Below, piece by piece: positions 13,157-25,910 of a DNA stretch of 64,000 nt (position 1 is the stretch's first letter; every line of letters begins with the position of its first letter). The position numbers were made by a program, and so were the translations under genes. The notes under the pieces were generated by a model. The model had not been told where the DNA came from, ran no database searches, and saw only the letters and a list, made by a program, of their open reading frames with translations. This stretch comes from Vicugna vicugna (Eukaryota), in assembly GCA_013265495.1 (NCBI GenBank), contig MU060547.1, positions 9,077,643-9,141,642 on the forward strand. Direction: 5' to 3'.

Positions 13157-13276
13157 GGGGAGGGTATAGCTCAGTGGTAGAGTACATGCCTAGCATGCAT
13201 GAGGTCCTGGGTTCAATTCCCAGTACCTCTCCCAAATAAATAAATCTAATTACCTCCCTTCATTAAAAAAAAGTTT
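13157..13276 (+). mobile_element. Vic-1-type SINE
   Basis: tRNA-like head, CTAATTACCTCCC tail and A-tail. Perfect 14-bp TSD AAAATGTTGTTTTA at 13143-13156 and 13277-13290. Confidence 0.93.
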
Positions 13277-14334
13277 AAAATGTTGTTTTATGCCTTTGAA
13301 AAAATATGATGAGCTATGGATACATACAACAACAGGACAGGTCTCAAAAACAAGAACCCAGGCACACAAAAGTGGACCAAAAAAGGACACATTGTATGAT
13401 TTCATGTATATGGATTCTAGAAAAGAGCAAAACCAATCTATGGCAAGAGAAGACAAGAAAATTGTTGCCTGGCTGGGGCAGGGATTGAAAGGAAGGGGCA
13501 GAAGACAATTTTCTGGGGTGACAGAAATGTCTACCTCTTGACTGGGGGGTTGGTTAGGTATGAACATTTGAATGAATTCATTCACTTATACACTTAAGAT
13601 CTCTGTATCATTGTACATAAATTTTATCTCAATAAAATAAAATTTTTAATTAACAACAAAGTTCCCATTGGCCTTTGCCTCAGTCCAAGGGCACATATAC
13701 TTATATCTGCTGGGTTGTTTCACTCGAGACAAATCTGTGAGGGCCACTCAACAATCTTCCTGGTCTGGAAAGAATGTGGCAGAGGGGCTGGCACTTTGCC
13801 CAAGCGGTTGATGCAAAGCTCCAGGCAGCTGGGCTTAGCAGCATCTTTCATGCAGGCTTACAACGATGCCCGTAACGTGTGACCATGAAATCGTAACATC
13901 CCCACTGGAGCCTGTGTGTCATTAGAAATCTCACCCAGAGCGAGCTCGCAGCTCCTTCTAAGCCACAAGAGCCTGATGAATTGCTCAGCTGTTCTTTCAG
14001 GCAGTTCCGGTTTCACTGGCAACGGTGGGAAGGGAAAAAACCCCAGGTTTTCAGTGCTGCAAAAATTCAGTTCAGTATAAAGGACCCTGAAAGAGAAGCC
14101 AAAAAACAGGACGACAGAAAGCCACATGCTGCCAGATCTACTCTCCTTTTTCCTATCACAATTTAGTCCCAATGCTAGTTGAGCACTGGAACAACTCCCA
14201 CTCAAAGTGTATTAATTCAACCAACACGTTGTGAATATTTGCTGCAAACCGGGTGTTGTGCCCTTACTTGAAATGCAGGTAAAAGACAGATTTGACCCTT
14301 TAGAAACTCTGTCTGGGGTAATCAGCTGCAGCTG

Positions 14335-15510
14335 GACCACTACCTCAGACCATATGCAAAATTTAACTCAAAATAGATCAAAGACCTAAATATAAGAACT
14401 AAAACTATAATACCATTAGGAGAAAACAGGTAAATTTTCATGACCTTGGATTTGACAATGATTTCTTAGGTATGACACCAGAAACACAAGCAACACAAGA
14501 AAAATAGATAAGTTGGATTTCATCAAAATTGAAAACTTTTGTACATCAAAGGACACCATTAAGTAGATGAAAAGAGAGCCAACAGAATAGGAGAAATACA
14601 TGCAAATCATATATCTAGTAAGGGTTCGTATCCAGAATATATAAAGAACTCTTACAACTCAACAACAAAAAGACAAATAATTCAATGAAAAAAATGAGCA
14701 AAAGATTTCAAGAGACAATATACAAATGGCTAACAAGTACATGGAAAGATAACTAGTATCATTAGTCACTGGGAAAATGCAAAACCAAACCAAGTAAGAT
14801 GGATATAATCAAAACATCAGCAAAAATAAATATTAGTGAGGAAACAGAGANNNNNNNNNNNNNNNNNNNNNNNNNNNNNNNNNNNNNNNNNNNNNNNNNN
14901 NNNNNNNNNNNNNNNNNNNNNNNNNNNNNNNNNNNNNNNNNNNNNNNNNNNNNNNNNNNNNNNNNNNNNNNNNNNNNNNNNNNNNNNNNNNNNNNNNNNN
15001 NNNNNNNNNNNNNNNNNNNNNNNNNNNNNNNNNNNNNNNNNNNNNNNNNNNNNNNNNNNNNNNNNNNNNNNNNNNNNNNNNNNNNNNNNNNNCATNNNNN
15101 NNNNNNNNNNNNNNNNNNNNNNNNNNNNNNNNNNNNNNNNNNNNNNNNNNNNNNNNNNNNNNNNNNNNNNNNNNNNNNNNNNNNNNNNNNNNNNNNNNNN
15201 NNNNNNNNNNNNNNNNNNNNNNNNNNNNNNNNNNNNNNNNNNNNNNNNNNNNNNNNNNNNNNNNNNNNNNNNNNNNNNNNNNNNNNNNNNNNNNNNATGA
15301 GGGGTTGCCATGGACCAGGAGAGGGGAAATGGAAAGTGACTGCTTAACAAGAGATTTTCCCCTGGGATGATGAAACCATTCTGAAACTAGATAATGGTGG
15401 TCGTTGCACAACATTGTGAACATACCAAAAGCCACTGAATTGTACACTTTAAAATGGTTATAATGGTATTTCCCCTTATGTGGTTTTTAACTGCAATTTA
15501 AAGAAAAGAG
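14335..15510 (+). mobile_element. 5'-truncated L1 (L1MA/MB-like): degenerate ORF2 3' part and 3' UTR; interior N
   Basis: AAAATTTAACTCAAAATAGATCAAAGACCTAAATATAAGA..., CATCAAAATTGAAAACTTTTGTACATCAAAGGACACC; 3' end CCACTGAATTGTACACTTTAAAATGGTT. Confidence 0.85.
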
Positions 15511-15620
15511 AAACCCTTTCTAAGGTTGCACAATGACAAATGAGTCCCAGAGATGTTTAGCAAGTGAACTCACACAGTGCTCAAAGTCTAAGTCCTGTCA
15601 CTATTTTTAGAAAGTAACCA

Positions 15621-15759
15621 AAATCCTGAAGATTCCGCCAGAAAATGACTAGAGCTCATCAATGAGTTTGATAAAGTTGCAGGATACAAAATTTATATAC
15701 AAAAATCTGTTGCATTTCTATACAGTAAAAATGAAGTATCAGAAAAGGAAATTAAGAAA
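15621..15759 (+). mobile_element. Isolated 139-bp internal L1 ORF2 (RT region) fragment with 13-bp TSD and no poly(A)
   Basis: Resembles the L1 ...ELINEF.KVAGYKI.IQKSVAFLY... coding region. Flanked by TAGAAAGTAACCA (15608-15620) and TAGAAAATAACCA (15760-15772). Confidence 0.8.
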
Positions 15760-16016
15760 TAGAAAATAACCATCACATAGTGCTCTAGGTTCAATCCATA
15801 CTAGGCAAGAGATACCCTGGCACAGCCACAAGGATTCTAACACACTTGGCTGAGAAAGCTGCGAGGCTGACAAACATGGCCGTTTCATGGCAATACGCAA
15901 ACATATTGACTGAAAAGAACAGTCCGGTATACCACCCCGGAAAAGGAGGCAGAGCAAATCAAAGCACATCTGGCCATAGATGTCACAGTCAAAACAGACC
16001 TTGAAGATGTTCGCAT

Positions 16017-16205
16017 TTTATAGCTAAACAACAAGGACCTACTGTACAGCACAGGGAACTATATTCAATTTCTTGTAATAACATACAAGGGAAAAGAATC
16101 TAAAAAGAAAATACATACACATAAGCATATGTATAATCAAGTCATTTTGCTTTACACCCAAAACTAACATCGTAAATCAACTACACTTCAATAAAAAAAT
16201 TTTTT
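16017..16205 (+). mobile_element. L1 3' UTR fragment (lineage type)
   Basis: AACAACAAGGACCTACTGTACAGCACAGGGAACTATATTCAA...GTAAATCAACTACACTTCAATAAAAAAA. Confidence 0.85.
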
Positions 16206-19200
16206 TTAAATAGCCTCATTTTAGACACTTAAAAAATGGACATTCCAAAAAGGTACGACCTGCTCAAAGGAACGGAGCTGGTTAGTGGAGGAACCTGGCC
16301 CAAGAGAACCAACGTCCTGCCTCTTTCCACCACCTGATCTTCACATTTGGGGCAGTTCCATAAATATCTTTCAGAACAGTTATAATCTGAATGTTTGTCG
16401 AGCCAGGATGACTGTATTTCTCCTGCACATCCCCTCAAATCAGTGTACAAAGAGAAACCTGCTATCTACACGTTTAACATCGCTCCTATTTTTGTGCTCT
16501 AAATCTTGGTTTGTGTCACAGCCAAGTTAGATTGCTTGCTGGCTTATCTGGGACTACCAGCCCTGCCCAGCTTTACCCAGAACCCAGTCACCAAACCTGC
16601 CAGCTCTTACTTTAGAACATCTGGTGAACCAGGGCACTCTTCTGTTCCCATCATGAACCACGAACCTTGTACTCGGTCTATTTCGGACTCCTTCTAAGTA
16701 CCCAGCATTACCTAACGCTGCATGTAACACTGACTCCAGAGGCATGTGAGCCTTAGTTGGGAACAGAGAGAGTTTCAAACCCTATGACACTTTTGCTGCA
16801 GATGGGATAGAATCTGGGTGCAGCAATGTTCTCCTCCTCGGGCCTGGTTCCAGAGTTACAGTGACCATGAAAATAAGCTGCAAATTAGCTTAAAAGACAG
16901 TGACCTCAGCAACGGCAATTGTTACAACGTCTTTTTACTTTATCCCCTCAGCTGCACAGAGAACAATTTTGACTTCGTATTATAAACAACACTGGATTCT
17001 CCAGTTTCCTTAGCAACCTGCAGTTCTGATCTCAGTAAAAACCAAAGACTAGAGGCTCCCATTTCCTTCTAGCTCTAAAAATTCTCAATCTATGAATATC
17101 TGGGGCTTTAGAGAGCCCACTGAAGAGAGAACGGTGCAAAACTCTTAAACTTAACTATTCGTAAACTGTTAAATTATTAAACTTAAACTACTAAAACAGA
17201 AGCAAAGACAAAGGTGGGTGCTTCTCTGACTGTGGAGGTGATCTGTTGGAATTCAGGGAAAAGACAGGCTATGTTCTCCGCAGGTGGAAAATGATAGCAA
17301 AGGATATCCCAAATTAACAGAAGCTCCAGTTATGCTCCAGCCTACTCTGTTGACTAAGGAAGAGTAATGAGTACATATTGTTGAAAGCTTTCTTTTTAAA
17401 ATGGCTACAAACTATGAATTTCAGGAATTAAATGGTCATGTTACAGAGAAAAAGTCCCTGTCTAGCATATTCTCTGCTAATGCATGATGTGCTATTACCG
17501 TATTGTACCACTAGGGGCGCCAGCTTGAGGACAGACGTTCAGACTAGGTGGCAGAGTCATGTTTGATGGATCCAGCCCCATCCGGACGGACAGGGAGAAA
17601 AATAGGAAAACCCTCAAATAGAGCTTGAAGCTCCTGCATCTGCAATGTCCCAGATCATCGTTACAGGAACAAAGTTCACAGTAGATTGTGACAAACATTC
17701 TTAAGGGCGCTGTTCCCTTATCTGTTAGGTACATGTGGTTTTGCACTCAGGGAATTCAAATGACGTCCACCAATCCCCTACTTAGGGCCCCTTTGGTTTA
17801 CTGTTCCTGTTAGTATTTCTTTTGATCCAAATATCTCCTTACAGAGCTTGGGAGAAACTTGTCCATGTTTATCACAAATAAGCCAAAAAAGCAGTGTCCA
17901 TGGATCTCACCATGGGCCCTACGGAAGTCACAAAGTCCCCGAGGGAGTCAGAACACCTTCTTCCTCTGCTGGAGGCCCCCACTCATCCATGCTAAGGAGT
18001 TGTGAAAGATCACTCCCCCCCAAAAACAAACACAGACCAGCAACTGTCACCCACCACCCAAGGACACACCCACAGAAGGTGGGTGGGGTAAGAGGCCAGC
18101 TGTATTGAGGGACATCCTTCAGAGCACTGTCTGGCTCAGAGAGGGGAAGCAGCCCCCATGTTTGTCAAACCCGAAAACAGATGAATATTCATGACGGTTA
18201 GGAAACCTTATTAAATCTTGCCAGTTCAGAAAATGGGAGTATCTCAAATATTGGTCCCCTGCCTGCCAAGCTCTGGGTTCTAGAGGCTGTTCCCTTGCAA
18301 GATCTGCTTTGCTTGAGCCGAAGGTCTGGCAGTGGGGGCGGGAAACAACAGGTAGCACCCGCGCCTGTGTGTGCCTGGGGACGGGGTGGCTGCCCCCTCT
18401 TCTGCCGCCAGCACTGTGGGGTCCTTGAGCTGCTGATATTCTCTTAAATAGCACTTGGCTGTGCCAGGGACATTGGTCATCTGCCCAGAGCCCGGGTGCT
18501 CTGTGACCACTCGAGCTCCCCCTGGAAGAGGACCTGACTCTGAATCTGTTCCCAGTTGGCTGGAGGCGCTCTCCCCTCCGCCTGCTTCCTGCGGGCTCTT
18601 TTCCTGCCTAGCTCCCCCACACTGTCTGGATGCTCCTTGGATACCCACAAGACCCTGAGAACTGCCACTGCTGCACTTCTGTCCATCCTCTGCCCCTCTC
18701 CCTCCTCCTGCCTCCTTGGATCAAATACCGAAACCAGACTTCTCGCCTGCAATGTTGCTGACACTTTACCCACAGTGGTGAAGAGAGCTGGCAGGGGGTG
18801 GGCACCTTCCCACAGGCATCGGCCTGGCTGGGCACAGGATCGGGGGTAAGACCCTCTAGGCCCCCTTGCCCTCTGTGCCCTGCTCCCTCAGCACTACTCA
18901 GCATCCTCCTCTTTTGTACTTTCCCTCCATCTTCTCCGACTCGCTTCTCTTTGTTCTGTCTCACAGTCTACTTTCCTTCCTCTTTCTTTTCTATCTCTGG
19001 ATGTTTGGGTTTTGGTTTTTTTCCTGCCTTGCTTTCCCTTCCCCGTCTTCCAGCTCCTTACCCTCTCCCACACATCACTGTGATCTGGTTGCCAGGATTT
19101 GTACAACAGCCTCCTAAAATTCCCTCTGTGGTGGCCCCTCCAATTCTTCCTCCACTTTCAGCAGAGTGACCACTTTATGTCACTCCCCAATTCAAGACCC

Positions 19201-19724
19201 TGCCTGGCCATCCCAGTGCCCACAGAACTGTGTCCAAACTCCACCACGTGGCTCTGCCCGCCTTTCTGTCATCTGCTCAATTGTTTGGTTAAACCAACAA
19301 ATCACTTTAGTTATTAAGTACCTATCATGAGCAGATATTGTACTCAGAGCTGGAGAAGAATTAATATAGAATACATACAAGAATATTTACAAATGAAACA
19401 ATGTCTGAGATTTTCTTTAAAATAACCTGAGGCTTGGAGGAGGGAGAGTTGGCAAAGCAGAAGAGGTACAGAGAAAATGATCGCCATGAGTTAATAACTG
19501 TTGAAGCTGGGTGCTGGGTTTAGGGGTTCACTATGTTATTCTCTCTACTTACTTCAGCATAGGTTTGAAATTTTTCTGTTAAAATTATGATGGGTGCAGA
19601 GAACTGAAAAGTCCCTGGCTTCCCTTTTCTCCCTGCTCTCCATGGACTCCATGCTCCAGATGTAGGAAATGTTCAGCCCCTCAGAGCCCAGTATTGATCC
19701 TCCAGGCAGTAACGTGCTCCTTCC

Positions 19725-20314
19725 AATAACTCTAACTTGAAAAGATACATGCACCCCAGTGTTCACAGCAGCACTATTCACAGTAGCCAAGGCATGGAAG
19801 CAGCAACCAAAGTGTCCATTGACAGATGACAGGATAAAGAAGTTGTGCTATACAGATACAATGGAATACTACTCAGCCATAAAAAAGAATGAAGTAATGC
19901 CATCTGCAGCAACACAGATGGACCCAGAGATTATCATACTAAGTGAAGTAAGTCAGAGAGAGAAAGAAAAATATCATCTGACATCACTTACATGTGGAAT
20001 CTAAAAAATGATACAAATGAATTTATTCACAAAAGAGAAACAGACTCACAGACATAGAAAACAAACTTATGGTTACTAAAGGGGAAAGGGATAAAGCAGG
20101 AGATTGGGATTAGCAGATACATACTACTGTAGACAGAGTAGATAAACATCAATGTCTTACTCTATAGGATAGGGGACTATATTCAACATTTTGTAATAAC
20201 CTATAATGAAAAATAACATATATGTATAACTGAATCACTATGCTGTACACCAGAAACTAACCCAACCTTGTAAATCAACTATACTTCAGTAATAATAATA
20301 GTAATAATAACAAC
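19725..20314 (+). mobile_element. 5'-truncated L1 (ORF2 C-terminus and 3' UTR), ~590 bp
   Basis: ORF 19759-20004 (MFTAALFTVAKAWKQ...EYYSAIKKNE...LSEVSQ) is the L1 ORF2 C-terminus. The tail has decayed to (AAT)n/(AAC)n. TSD AACGTGCTCCTTCC (19711-19724) / AACATGCTCCTTCC (20315-20328). Confidence 0.93.
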
Positions 20315-21989
20315 AACATGCTCCTTCCTTTCAGAATGCTGTTTTCTCCATCCTTCTCTCCTTGTCCTTGTTGACTCCCACTCAGTCTCTAAGCCCAGCT
20401 TAAACAAACAGCATTTTCCCTGGGAAGCCTTTCCTGACACCTCTAGACCACACGGGGGCCCTCCGCAGGGTCCCAGGCACCTTACAATCACACTGTTACA
20501 ATATGTTGTGATCGCCAACTGTCAGTCATCTGCCGCTCCTGCTAGGCTACAAGCTCTGTGCACAGGGAGTGTTTCTGTCTCCTTCCTATTTTATCCCCAG
20601 AGCCTGGCACACATTAGACACTCGTTGAACAAGTGAATAAAAAAAAACTCTGTGGTCTCTAGCAGAGCAGCTGGCACAAACCTGGCCTCCCGTAGGGTCT
20701 GACGGGGGATGGGTGAGGAAGGGGAGGCGCTATCTTGGCCCTGGCTGGGCACCTATGATGCCCTGCCCATCTCCCCTGCCAAAGCCAGGCATTTGCACCT
20801 GGGGCCAGCAGCTCTGGAGTGGAGTCCACTTACAGCCTGGTCCTAGAAACCTTCCGGGCAGAATTTTGATGCTCATTTTGTAAAGTCTGAATTAATGATC
20901 TCTTCTGGCACTTCAGTGGAGTCCAGAGTGATCTAATGGCAAATGACGAAAGAGTCAAGAATAACATTTATTGAAATTTTCTTCTCAATTACACATCAGC
21001 TGCGTTGGACCACACTTTAACACAGAGCAAGTGAGTATAGACTGAGAGATGAGACGGTTTGTTATTTTATAGAAGTGTCAAGGGCAGGATACTTTCTCCA
21101 GGCACCGACACATGTCTGCTTCTCAGAGAGAGGACTTTCCTGAACACTCTGTCTGAGCAGCTTCTCATCCAGTCTCGCTCTCTCCTGTTCAATTTTTTGA
21201 TACCATCAGTCACTGCCTACGATCATGTATGTTTACTTATTGGTGGTCTGCCCCGCCCTCTCCCTTATAACGTAAGCAGCCTACAACCAGGGGTTCTATT
21301 TGGTGCAGTGCAGGTGCTCAATCAATGAATGAACGCATGAAAGTGGTATTTATCACTGAGCAGGGCCCCTCTCCTCTCTGCAATAACAGAAGCACACTTT
21401 TTAATACAGGTTTTGCTTCTGCGTTTGTGCAAAACTTTATAAAAGTGTTCTTTTTGTCAAATATACAAAGGCAGTGAACTGCTTTAACATCGTTAGATGA
21501 AAGGAGTGGAAGACAAACCTCTCTTATCCCATGAGCTTACTCTGCTACTGAAAGAAGTTCTGAGCAACATAGAGAGCTTCAGATATAGAATGTTGGCAAG
21601 GTAATCTCCTTTGATTTGTTCAGCTGAGTACTTACATATCTAACCAAAGAATAGTTCAAGTAGATATAAAAGTGGAAGCATCTTTACTTACATGCCTTTG
21701 CGAATTCTTTCATAACAGCATTTTTAATGGCTATGGTTATTTTGCTGGATGGCTATCCTTATTGTTGGGCATTTAAGATAATCATAATTTTTTACTATTT
21801 TAAGCACTGCTATAAAAATGTTTGTATTAATAGTTATGTCTTTATGCTAAATAATTACTTCTCTGGAATAAATTCCTTATCAGTAAGTTTTTAAATTGAA
21901 GGATACAGTGATTGTCAAGGCTTTTGATAGCTTTCCCAGACACCATGTTTCCATGTTCTTGATCTGTAAAACTGAGTACATCCTTAATT

Positions 21990-22110
21990 ATTTTTTTTGT
22001 GTGTGTGGGTGTAAATAGCAATTTATTTATTTTAATGGAGGTACTGGGGATTGAACCCAGGACCTTGTGTATGCCAAGCATGCCCTCTACCACTGAGTTA
22101 TACCCTCCCC
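21990..22110 (-). mobile_element. Vic-1-type SINE
   Basis: Reverse complement of the head. Perfect 14-bp TSD GTACATCCTTAATT at 21976-21989 and 22114-22127. Confidence 0.92.
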
Positions 22111-22753
22111 GACGTACATCCTTAATTTTGTCCTGGAATTGGAGTCCTGCCTTGTGCTTCTCTCACAGTGGGTGGGATCTTGCCCCTCACATGTACGCCT
22201 CCCAGGTGTCCACTTCCCATCTGTCTTTACCTGTCCTGGCTAGAAGTATGTCACAGGTAGACCTGTCTGCCTATCTGTCTATCATGGCTCCCTTTCCAGA
22301 TTACCTGTCCCCAGCTCTGACCCCTGGGGCAGACCATTTTTCTGAACCATATTAGACATTGCATAGTGTCACTCCTGCCCTTGCAGGTGTCCTGAGTCAG
22401 GCTGCCTTTCCCTACTGCCCTCTTTGTGTGTGAACCCACACAACAGTTCCAAGTTGTGACAATTATTGTAGTGTCCTGGCTCTTATGGTATATTTCTGAT
22501 CATCTCTGCAATTTACATAATACTGCTTCCTTGGTCATTTACTCTGAAATGTAATTCTCAATTATAATGTTGTTGCTTTAATAAAACATGATCTTCTTTA
22601 TAATGATCCACTGAATGACATGAGTTCTAGGAAGCCTTGTGGAAAAACCGCAAGACAGCTATTAACAACCCATTAAAAGACCAGCAACTCTAGTTATCCT
22701 AATCACAAAAAGAATGGCTTTTAACTTGTTTTTGTTTTTGTTTTTTTAATCGT

Positions 22754-22880
22754 GGGGGGAAGGATACAGCTCAAGTGGTAGAGCGCATGCTCAGCATCCA
22801 AGAGGTCAGGGGTTCTATCCCCAGTCCCTCCTCCAAGTGGAAATCAGTGAAGAAACCTAATTACCTCCCCCTCATAAAAA
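22754..22880 (+). mobile_element. Vic-1-type SINE (more diverged)
   Basis: GGGGGGAAGGATACAGCTCAAGTGGTAGAGCGCATGC...CCTAATTACCTCCCC. Confidence 0.85.
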
Positions 22881-22884
22881 TGTT

Positions 22885-23070
22885 TATTAATAGATATAAC
22901 ATGAAGTTTACCATTTTAGTCACATTTAAGTATAAAATTCAGTGGCATTAAGCATATTCACAATGTGTGTAACCATCACCATCATCTATTTCCAAAACTC
23001 TTTCACCACTCCAAACAGAAACTCTATAAACATTAAGCAATAACTTCTGATTCCTGTCTCCCAGCCCTAG
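22885..23070 (-). mobile_element. L1 3' end (L1MB-like) running into N-run 23071-23358
   Basis: AAGTTTACCATTTTAGTCACATTTAAGTATAAAATTCAGTGGCATTAAGCATATTCACAATGTGTGTAACCATCACC. Confidence 0.8.
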
Positions 23071-24284
23071 NNNNNNNNNNNNNNNNNNNNNNNNNNNNNN
23101 NNNNNNNNNNNNNNNNNNNNNNNNNNNNNNNNNNNNNNNNNNNNNNNNNNNNNNNNNNNNNNNNNNNNNNNNNNNNNNNNNNNNNNNNNNNNNNNNNNNN
23201 NNNNNNNNNNNNNNNNNNNNNNNNNNNNNNNNNNNNNNNNNNNNNNNNNNNNNNNNNNNNNNNNNNNNNNNNNNNNNNNNNNNNNNNNNNNNNNNNNNNN
23301 NNNNNNNNNNNNNNNNNNNNNNNNNNNNNNNNNNNNNNNNNNNNNNNNNNNNNNNNNNACAACTCTGATTACCCTAATTATAAAAGAATGGTATTCAGTC
23401 TGTTCTTATGATTCACCTCTGTTACAAACATTTCCAATTTCTTGTAAATATATACATGGAAATCACTAGCCACATTCTCTTTGGATAATCAGTGCTTTAA
23501 ACAGCATACCAAACTAGCCTAGTTTTATTTTAACCTTAGTCCAGGATTTATTTGAGGCAGTTTTCAAACTACAGAAGGATCAAAATAGGTTAAAAAAAAA
23601 AAAAGGAAGATTTAGAGAAAACCAAGGATGGCATTATAGACGGAAGCCAGGAGCAACATACACAAAAATGTATAATAAACCAGAAATTATTGCAAAGTAG
23701 GTAGATCACAATTTCTAAGCTTCCTAGTGACCAAAGAAAGAATCAGTCGTAAGAGTCATAAGGTCTATAAGATAAGCAAATAGACAAACAAAAAGTGACC
23801 AGTTGCTCAGGAGAATAAGTACTGTTTCCAGTATTGAACTACAAGAGAAGTCAGGAGAACCATTTGATGTAATAGACTGTGTCTTCCGTAACTTCCTTTA
23901 TAGTAAATACAAACTGAGTTTCATGTGGCTGTTTCTTATACTATTGCTCCAAGGAAGCTAAAGGCATAACATAAAGTGGAACTCAAAAAAACAAAAAAAA
24001 AAACCAAACAATTATAAGAAGGGATAAATATGCCCAAAGATTCAGCACTCTGCCTCTGGGGTGAAATTTAGATCTTTAACAGGAATGAATGCATTGCATA
24101 TACTCAAGGAATTATTTCTTAATTATGATTTCTTGAGAATAAATTTTTATGAGTTGAGAAGTAGGAAATTTTGGTTATTTTTTGGGGGAAGAACCTAGAA
24201 GCCCTTTGCCCATGTTACTGATGAAAGGAAAACTGATTTCCTGAAAAATCTTCTAAGCAGAAAATAGGCCTGGCATGCCTTTAT

Positions 24285-25620
24285 CAAAATGAGACATTCT
24301 GAACAACATCAAATGTTGGTGAGGATATGGAACAACTGGAATTCTCACATGTTGTTGGGAATGTAAAATGGTACAACAACTTGGGAAAAAATTCTGGCAG
24401 TTTCTTAAAGACAAAACATCCGCCTATCATATGACCCAGCAATTTCCGTCCAATATATTTAACCAAGATAAATAAAAACATAGCTTTGCAAAGGAGTTGC
24501 ATAAGAATGTTCATAGCAGCACCCAGGCTTTTTCCAGTTTATCATAATAATTAAACAACAGAAAAAGCTCATGTGCCCATCCATAGGAGAATAGATAAAC
24601 TATATACCTATATAATGGAATTCTATTCAGCAACAAAAAAGAAAAGCACAATTGATACAAGCAACAATGTGAATGAATCTCAAAAATGTTATGCTGATAA
24701 AAATTTGGTGGAAGAGGGAAATAACGTGAAAACCTAAAAGCATGCTGGAGTTGGGTCAGGATAAGGATTTTTGTCTAGCTCCATGGCCCAGGGAAAATGC
24801 CTCAGTTTTGTCATGAGGAAAGTTGGAATAAAAATCCCTGATTATGAGAATTAAATAAGCATGGATGTGATTTTATTTTGTATTTTAAAATTTTACATGT
24901 AGACTACCCATAAGTATCTTTCTGCAATTTGCTTCCTTTCATTTAACCCTGATTTGAAAATTCTTGGTAAAGATCAGTGTGGTACAAATGTAATATTATT
25001 AGTAGTCAAAACAAAAAAAAAAGATACTGCTTGCAAGAGGGAGAAAAGAGAAATATAGCTTGAGAGAATATCATGTAGTAAATTTATTATGTTTTGTTAC
25101 CAAAAATATAATGCTGAGTGAAAGAAGCCTTACCAAAACAGTATACACTGTATGATTTCATTTCTATGAAGCTCTAGAACATTTATCCATCCATCTCTGG
25201 TGGATAAAATCAGAATGCAGTTATCTCTGGTGGGATGCAGGTAAGGAGGGACTACAACAGGGAAGGGAAAATGAAATGATGCTAAGGTTCTGTATCCTAC
25301 AGGAGTTTAAAAGGGACCCAAGCACATCCAAGTATATTCTCAAGATTTGTGCATCTTTCTGTAGGTAAGCTTTACCTCAAAAGAAAGAAAAATAACTATA
25401 CTATAAACACTCATTAATGAGGTGTATTTAGGGGAAAGTGTATTGATGTCTACTACTTGAAATCCATTTAACAATAAGGGTGGACAGAATGTTAGATATA
25501 TGCATGATATGTGACAAACCAAGGAAAGTAAAATGTTAATGGTAGAGTCTCTGTGGGGAGTACTGAGTGATGTACTGGGAAATTCTCTCGGCTTTTCTGT
25601 ATGCTTGAAAGTTTCTGTAT
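24285..25620 (+). mobile_element. L1ME-like 3' region split by a 403-bp insertion at 24698-25100
   Basis: AATGTTGGTGAGGATATGGAACAACTGGAATTCTC...; the consensus motif ATGAATCTCAAAAA..TATGCTGA|GTGAAAGAAGCC resumes at 25118. Confidence 0.7.
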
Positions 25621-25910
25621 TTTAAAAAATCCACAAGAAATTAGACCTTAACCATGACCCTTGCCCAAAGTTATGACCACTCTATTTCTGCTTAGAAATG
25701 GGCCTATGTAAAAAATAATTAAAAAATAAAAATTATTTTTAAAAGAGTCTTAAAAGATATCTAGGTATCCTTGGGATTTTTATTATTAACCTATGATGGG
25801 CTTTAAAGGTGTTTATTAACAGTGTCTATCTGTCATTTGAAAAAAATTCAAATACAATAAATCATAAAACATAAACAGCAGCTGACAGGCTCAACCCCAG
25901 ACATTAAAAC

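Larger units (their letters stand above)
12350..13640 (+). mobile_element. Old L1 (L1ME/MC-like) 3' region hosting a younger L1 3' end and a Vic-1 SINE
   Basis: GAGGATGTGGAACAACTGGAACT at 12420; 3' end ...TTGTACATAAATTTTATCTCAATAAAA at ~13610-13640. Confidence 0.7.

Noticed and set aside
17508-17522. CCACTAGGGGCGCCA as a CTCF site
   Set aside because: One G short of the core spacing (CCACTAGGGGGCGC), so the register breaks.
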